Shown piece by piece: positions 59,545 to 64,000 of a stretch of DNA of 64,000 nt. Location: positions 32,001 to 96,000 of the forward strand of contig CBDANC010000014.1 in assembly GCA_965197425.1 (NCBI GenBank). Direction: 5' to 3'. The notes under the pieces were generated by a model. That model was not told the DNA's origin. It did not search any database and saw only the letters and a list, made by a program, of their open reading frames with translations. How positions within the stretch are numbered: position 1 is the first letter of the stretch; each line of letters opens with the position of its first letter. The position numbers and the translations under genes were made by a program. Source of the stretch: Bdellovibrionales bacterium (GTDB lineage: Bacteria; Bdellovibrionota; Bdellovibrionia; Bdellovibrionales; JAUICD01).

Positions 59545-60198
59545 ATGGATAGAGAAGTGATCGTCGTGACTAGTAATTCCGACCTAAAATTTAGGATTTG
59601 GAAGAAGTTATGTGATACTATTTTTTTTACCAAAAACCCTGGGAATAACACTACTTTTGCTTTTTGGTGTACCCTGTATGCCTTGTTTTTTGTTTGGGGT
59701 ATAAGCTTCATGAACGATACTAATTTTGAAACCAACCCTTATGGATCATCGGCATCTGTACTCCATTATGTGTCGCTTCCATTTCATGAGGCTGGTCACA
59801 TAATTTTTGCACCGTTAGGAAGCATTATGCATTCATTTGGCGGAACACTCCTACAATTGCTTGTGCCTGTGATTGTTATGATAAGATTTATTAGAAGAAA
59901 AGAAATGCTGGAATCTTCCATATGCCTTTGGTGGTTGGGTTTTAATTTTTTAGATATTTCCCCCTACATATATGATGCCTTTGATAAGAAACTAGTGCTA
60001 CTGGGAGGAGTTACAGGGATGGACAACCCAGACTTTCATGACTGGAGTTTTATTTTAACTTCTACAAACAATATGCAGTATCATGACAGTCTTGCATATT
60101 TGACTGGAAATGTTGGAAAGGGCTTAATCATACTATCAATCTTATGGGGCGGGTTTATCTTGAAAAGACAATTTGATTTGCTAAAACAAGAAGTCTAA
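59545..60198 (+). CDS. Membrane protein with HExxH motif (peptidase M50B-like)
   Basis: LPFHEAGH, GGTLLQLLVP, SPYIYDA and HDW motifs; several TM segments. Confidence 0.72.
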   Translation: MDREVIVVTSNSDLKFRIWKKLCDTIFFTKNPGNNTTFAFWCTLYALFFVWGISFMNDTNFETNPYGSSASVLHYVSLPFHEAGHIIFAPLGSIMHSFGGTLLQLLVPVIVMIRFIRRKEMLESSICLWWLGFNFLDISPYIYDAFDKKLVLLGGVTGMDNPDFHDWSFILTSTNNMQYHDSLAYLTGNVGKGLIILSILWGGFILKRQFDLLKQEV

Positions 60199-60207
60199 CA
60201 CTATTTG

Positions 60208-60315
60208 TCTCAAAGCATTTGTTGCAATTATGCAATACACCATAACCCTCCCCCAAAAACCTATTCAAAGACCATGCTCTTTCAGGGGTAAGGTTTGAAA
60301 CTTTATTAATTGTAA
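60208..60315. repeat. 108-bp direct repeat, copy 2
   Basis: Matches 59036-59144; begins 9 nt after the stop of the enclosed gene. Confidence 0.95.
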
Positions 60316-60448
60316 AAGAAAATAAATTGTGCTTTCTAGATTAGAGAGTATGCTTTAAAAAGCTATAATGTGGTCATGTTAGGCAAGTTTAAAATAACCA
60401 ATATTTTGTGTTATACTTCAAGTTTTAAAAAGTTAAGGAGTGTGTCTT

Positions 60449-61297
60449 ATGGATATTGATCTAATTGGAGTGGTTGGAGCAGGTCAAATGGGTGGCGGCA
60501 TAGCACAGGTATCTGCAAGTACAGGCTTTAAAGTTGTCTGCTTTGACTCAAACAAAGATGCCATTGAAAAAGCCAAAAAAGCTATTCAAAAAAGCTCTCA
60601 AAAACTATTAGAAAAACAAAAGATCACTCAAGACAGTGCAGATAAAATAAAGAAAATTACATTTACTACCAACATACTAGATTTATCTAAGGCTGATTTT
60701 GTTATAGAGGCAGTTTCAGAAAATAAAGATTTAAAAAAAGACGTCTTTGCCTCCTTAGATAAGTTACTGAAAAAAGAAGCCATAATTTGCTCCAACACTT
60801 CCTCTATCTCTATTACCAAATTAGCCTCCGGCACCTCCAGACCTGACAAGATCTGTGGTATGCATTTTATGAACCCTGTTCCATTAATGGAATTGGTTGA
60901 AGTAATAAGAGGTATGCAAACTTCAGACGAAACTTTTAATACAGTAACTGAGTTATCCAAAAAATTAGGAAAAACATGTATAGAATCAAAAGATGCAGCA
61001 GGGTTTGTTGTAAATAGAATTATTATGCCTATGATCAATGAAGCTTTCTATGCCCTGCAAGAAGGCCTGGCAAAAGCAGAAGACATTGATCTAGCAATGA
61101 CACTTGGAACAAATGTACCAATGGGACCATTCACCTTGGCTGATTTTATAGGCCTGGATACATGTCTTTACATTATGCATGTATTACATACAGAATTAGG
61201 CGAGTCTAAAAGACCCTGCCCACTATTGATAAAATATGTAGAAGCAGGCTGGTTAGGAAGAAAAACAAAAAAAGGTGTGTTTACTTACGAAAAATAA
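60449..61297 (+). CDS. hbd: 3-hydroxybutyryl-CoA dehydrogenase
   Basis: GAGQMGGGIA, EAVSE, SNTSSISIT, GMHFMNP and PMGP..LAD.IGLD motifs; ATG 60449 follows AAGGAG. Confidence 0.92.
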   Translation: MDIDLIGVVGAGQMGGGIAQVSASTGFKVVCFDSNKDAIEKAKKAIQKSSQKLLEKQKITQDSADKIKKITFTTNILDLSKADFVIEAVSENKDLKKDVFASLDKLLKKEAIICSNTSSISITKLASGTSRPDKICGMHFMNPVPLMELVEVIRGMQTSDETFNTVTELSKKLGKTCIESKDAAGFVVNRIIMPMINEAFYALQEGLAKAEDIDLAMTLGTNVPMGPFTLADFIGLDTCLYIMHVLHTELGESKRPCPLLIKYVEAGWLGRKTKKGVFTYEK

Positions 61298-61305
61298 GGA
61301 GATCT

Positions 61306-62073
61306 ATGAAAACCCTCATTACAGAGCTTATCGATGGAGTTTTTTACATAACAATAAATAGACCCGACTCCATGAATGCCCTAAACCCATTGGTATTTGA
61401 AGAGCTAAATCAAGCATTAGACGATGTGGACAAAGACAAATCTGTAAGAGCCTTGGTTTTAAAAGGACAAGGAAGAGCTTTTGTTGCAGGTGCTGATCTC
61501 AAAGAACTAAATTCAATGGACAACACACAGGCAAAACTATTTGTCCACACAGGACATAATACTTTAAGAAGACTCGAAGTAATGGAAATCCCTGTGATTG
61601 CTCTAGTACACGGATTTGCTCTTGGTGGTGGAATGGAACTTGCCCTAAGCTGTGATATTATAATTGCAGATGAAAAAGCTAAGTTTGGACTACCAGAAAC
61701 AAAACTTGGTTTAATACCAGGACTTGGTGGCACTCAAAGATTAATTAGAAAAATTCCTACTGCCGAAGCAGCTAGAATTATCCTTACAAGCGATATGATT
61801 ACATCCAAAAGAGCCTACGAGTTAGGCTTGGTATCGGAAGTAACTAACAATTTAGAATCAAGTCTCAACACCATGCTAGATAAAATCAAAAATAACAGCA
61901 GTGTTGCAATAAAACATGCTAAAAAAGCAATGATAGAGGGTATAAACTTACAATTTGATGAAAGCTTGTCACTAGAAAGAAAAGAATTTTTAGATTGTTT
62001 TAAAAATGAGGATGCAAAAGAAGGAATGTCAGCTTTTATCTCAAAACGAAAAGCAAAATTTAAAAATGTCTAA
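61306..62073 (+). CDS. crt: Enoyl-CoA hydratase (crotonase)
   Basis: NRPDSMNAL, AFVAGADL, GFALGGGMELA and PETKLGLIPGLGGTQRL motifs. Confidence 0.9.
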   Translation: MKTLITELIDGVFYITINRPDSMNALNPLVFEELNQALDDVDKDKSVRALVLKGQGRAFVAGADLKELNSMDNTQAKLFVHTGHNTLRRLEVMEIPVIALVHGFALGGGMELALSCDIIIADEKAKFGLPETKLGLIPGLGGTQRLIRKIPTAEAARIILTSDMITSKRAYELGLVSEVTNNLESSLNTMLDKIKNNSSVAIKHAKKAMIEGINLQFDESLSLERKEFLDCFKNEDAKEGMSAFISKRKAKFKNV

Positions 62074-64000
62074 TACACCTATAAGAATAGTAACTGCTGC
62101 AAGTTTATTTGACGGTCACGATGTCAGTATCAACATAATCCGAAGAATGCTTCAGGATGCTGGATGTGAAGTCATTCACTTAGGCCACAATAGATCTGTA
62201 ATGGAAATAGTAAGAGCTATTTTGCAAGAGTCAGCTCAAGGTGCTTGCATCAGTAGTTACCAGGGTGGCCACATGGAATTTTTTAAATACACCAAAGACC
62301 TACTTGATGAGTTTAATGCTTCTTATGTAAAGATATTTGGCGGCGGCGGCGGTGTAATTATAAAAGATGAAAAAAAAGAGCTTGAGGCATATGGAATAAC
62401 CAAAATTTTTCACCCTGACGATGGGAATCGTATGGGCCTAGAAGGTATGATAAATTATATTGTAAAAGAGTGTTCTTTTGATCTTCTAAAAGAATCACAA
62501 AAAGCAAAAAAACAAAAAATAAAAAAATCAAAACAATTACTTGAAAGAGATTTGGGATTAAAAATTCTAGAAGTTGAATTAAACAAAAAAACACCCAAGG
62601 TTTCAAATATACCTCCCATTTTAGGTGTTACTGGTACTGGCGGAGCCGGTAAATCCTCCCTGGTAGATGAATTACTTCTTAGAATTAGAGAAACTGACAA
62701 AAAAGTGGCCGTAGTATGTGTTGATCCTACCAAAAAGAAAACAGGTGGAGCATTATTAGGCGACAGAATAAGAATGAACTCACTCACCAATGATAATTTC
62801 TTTATGAGATCTATTGCATCTAGAGGATCAGGAAAAGAAATAGCAAATGAACTAAAAGCTATTATTCAAGAAATAGGTAATCATGGATTTGATCTAATTG
62901 TAGCAGAAACATCTGGAATAGGACAAGGAGATACCGCAATAACAGAAGTTGCTGATTTTAGTTTGTATGTTATGACTTCAGAATTTGGAGCCAGTACACA
63001 GTTAGAAAAAATAGATATGATAGATTATGCAGATTTTATTTCAATAAATAAGGCAGATCACAGAGGATCAAAGGACGCACTAAGAGATGTAATAAAGCAA
63101 TACAGAAGATCAAAAAAGCTATTTGATCAAGATAAATATAAAGATGAAACTTTACCTATATTTTTAACACAAGCAGCACAGTTCAATGATCGTGGAGTAA
63201 ATAAACTATTTTATTCTATTATGAAAAAACTTGGATGGAAAACTGGTAAATTACAAGAGTCTGAACTTACAACTATAATCCCTGCTTCAAGACAAGGTTA
63301 TTTGGCTGAAATTGTATCAACAATAGAAGAGTATAGAAAAAAAACAACAAAAAATATAAAGCTTGCTCAAGATCTCTATGCACTTGAAAAGTCAAAAAAG
63401 CTAGATAAAAAAATAGGAGAGTTATTAGATGAGAAAATTAACAAAATCAAAAAAGAAATAGGCAAAGCTGATCTTGAATTACTCTATTCATGGGATGAGA
63501 TAAAAGATAAATATGCTAACGAAGAGTTTTCTTATAATGTGAGGGGCAAAACTTTAAAAGTACCACTTATAACCAAATCTCTAAGCGGACTTTCGATAAA
63601 AAAAATTGTTTATCCAGATATAAGTGATTATGGAGATAGATTAAAGTTTTTAAAATTTGAAAATGTACCTGGCCATTTTCCATTTACTGCAGGTGTGTAT
63701 CCATTAAAACGATCTGATGAGATGCCTAGGAGACAATTTGCCGGCGAAGGAACACCAGACAAAACAAATAAAAGATTTCATTATCTATGTAAAAACGATA
63801 AAGCAAAGAGACTTTCTACAGCATTTGACTCTGTGACTTTGTACGGAGAAGATCCAGAGGTGAGGCCTGATATATACGGAAAAATAGGAGAGAGTGGAGT
63901 TAGTATTTGTAATTTAGAGGATATGAAACGTCTATATAAAGGCTTTGATCTAATCAATCCACAAACCAGTGTTAGTATGACTATAAATGGCCCTGCTCCA
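62066..64000 (+). CDS. icmF: Fused isobutyryl-CoA mutase/GTPase IcmF-type protein (runs off the window end)
   Basis: Hand translation: MSNTPIRIVTAASLFDGHDVSINIIRR (B12-binding DxH), GVTGTGGAGKSS and LGDRIRMN (MeaB-like GTPase), then PGHFPFTAGVYP, RQFAGEG and SVSMTINGPAP (mutase). Not in the ORF track because it is open at the edge. Confidence 0.92.
   Translation, partial: MSNTPIRIVTAASLFDGHDVSINIIRRMLQDAGCEVIHLGHNRSVMEIVRAILQESAQGACISSYQGGHMEFFKYTKDLLDEFNASYVKIFGGGGGVIIKDEKKELEAYGITKIFHPDDGNRMGLEGMINYIVKECSFDLLKESQKAKKQKIKKSKQLLERDLGLKILEVELNKKTPKVSNIPPILGVTGTGGAGKSSLVDELLLRIRETDKKVAVVCVDPTKKKTGGALLGDRIRMNSLTNDNFFMRSIASRGSGKEIANELKAIIQEIGNHGFDLIVAETSGIGQGDTAITEVADFSLYVMTSEFGASTQLEKIDMIDYADFISINKADHRGSKDALRDVIKQYRRSKKLFDQDKYKDETLPIFLTQAAQFNDRGVNKLFYSIMKKLGWKTGKLQESELTTIIPASRQGYLAEIVSTIEEYRKKTTKNIKLAQDLYALEKSKKLDKKIGELLDEKINKIKKEIGKADLELLYSWDEIKDKYANEEFSYNVRGKTLKVPLITKSLSGLSIKKIVYPDISDYGDRLKFLKFENVPGHFPFTAGVYPLKRSDEMPRRQFAGEGTPDKTNKRFHYLCKNDKAKRLSTAFDSVTLYGEDPEVRPDIYGKIGESGVSICNLEDMKRLYKGFDLINPQTSVSMTINGPAP

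Overview
A low-GC (roughly one third by eye) bacterial chromosomal segment, mostly housekeeping genes. Gene content suggests Bdellovibrionota or another former Deltaproteobacterium; this is an inference. Recognisable blocks: tolA-tolB-cyclophilin; bcp-yceD-rpmF-fabH-fabD-fabG-acpP-fabF-rpiB (no plsX); tsaD-rsmA; smpB; a probable 6S RNA followed by xseA-xseB-ispA-pepP; two TolC+RND pairs without adaptor genes; monomeric idh; tadA; rpsU-yqeY-dnaG-rpoD-tRNA(CAU); and hbd-crt-icmF (truncated by the window edge). Accessory signals not explained by the ORF track: (1) a four-helix-bundle (IVS/Avd-like) gene bracketed by two same-orientation 8-nt tandem repeat arrays, with a long hairpin over its ribosome-binding site; (2) two single-gene inserts each flanked by ~100-bp near-identical direct repeats, one of which leaves an alternative, protein-conserved 3' end of a DEDDh-WYL exonuclease gene; (3) four secreted ankyrin proteins sharing a post-signal-peptide C-x-x-[AV]-L motif, plus a fifth, frameshifted ankyrin gene; (4) a dispersed mosaic repeat family at four loci, one copy supplying the stop codon of an RND gene; (5) a partial tRNA duplication, two divergent trigger-factor paralogues and an LspA fused to a HAMP-like module. 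No integrase, transposase, reverse transcriptase, rRNA or CRISPR array was seen.
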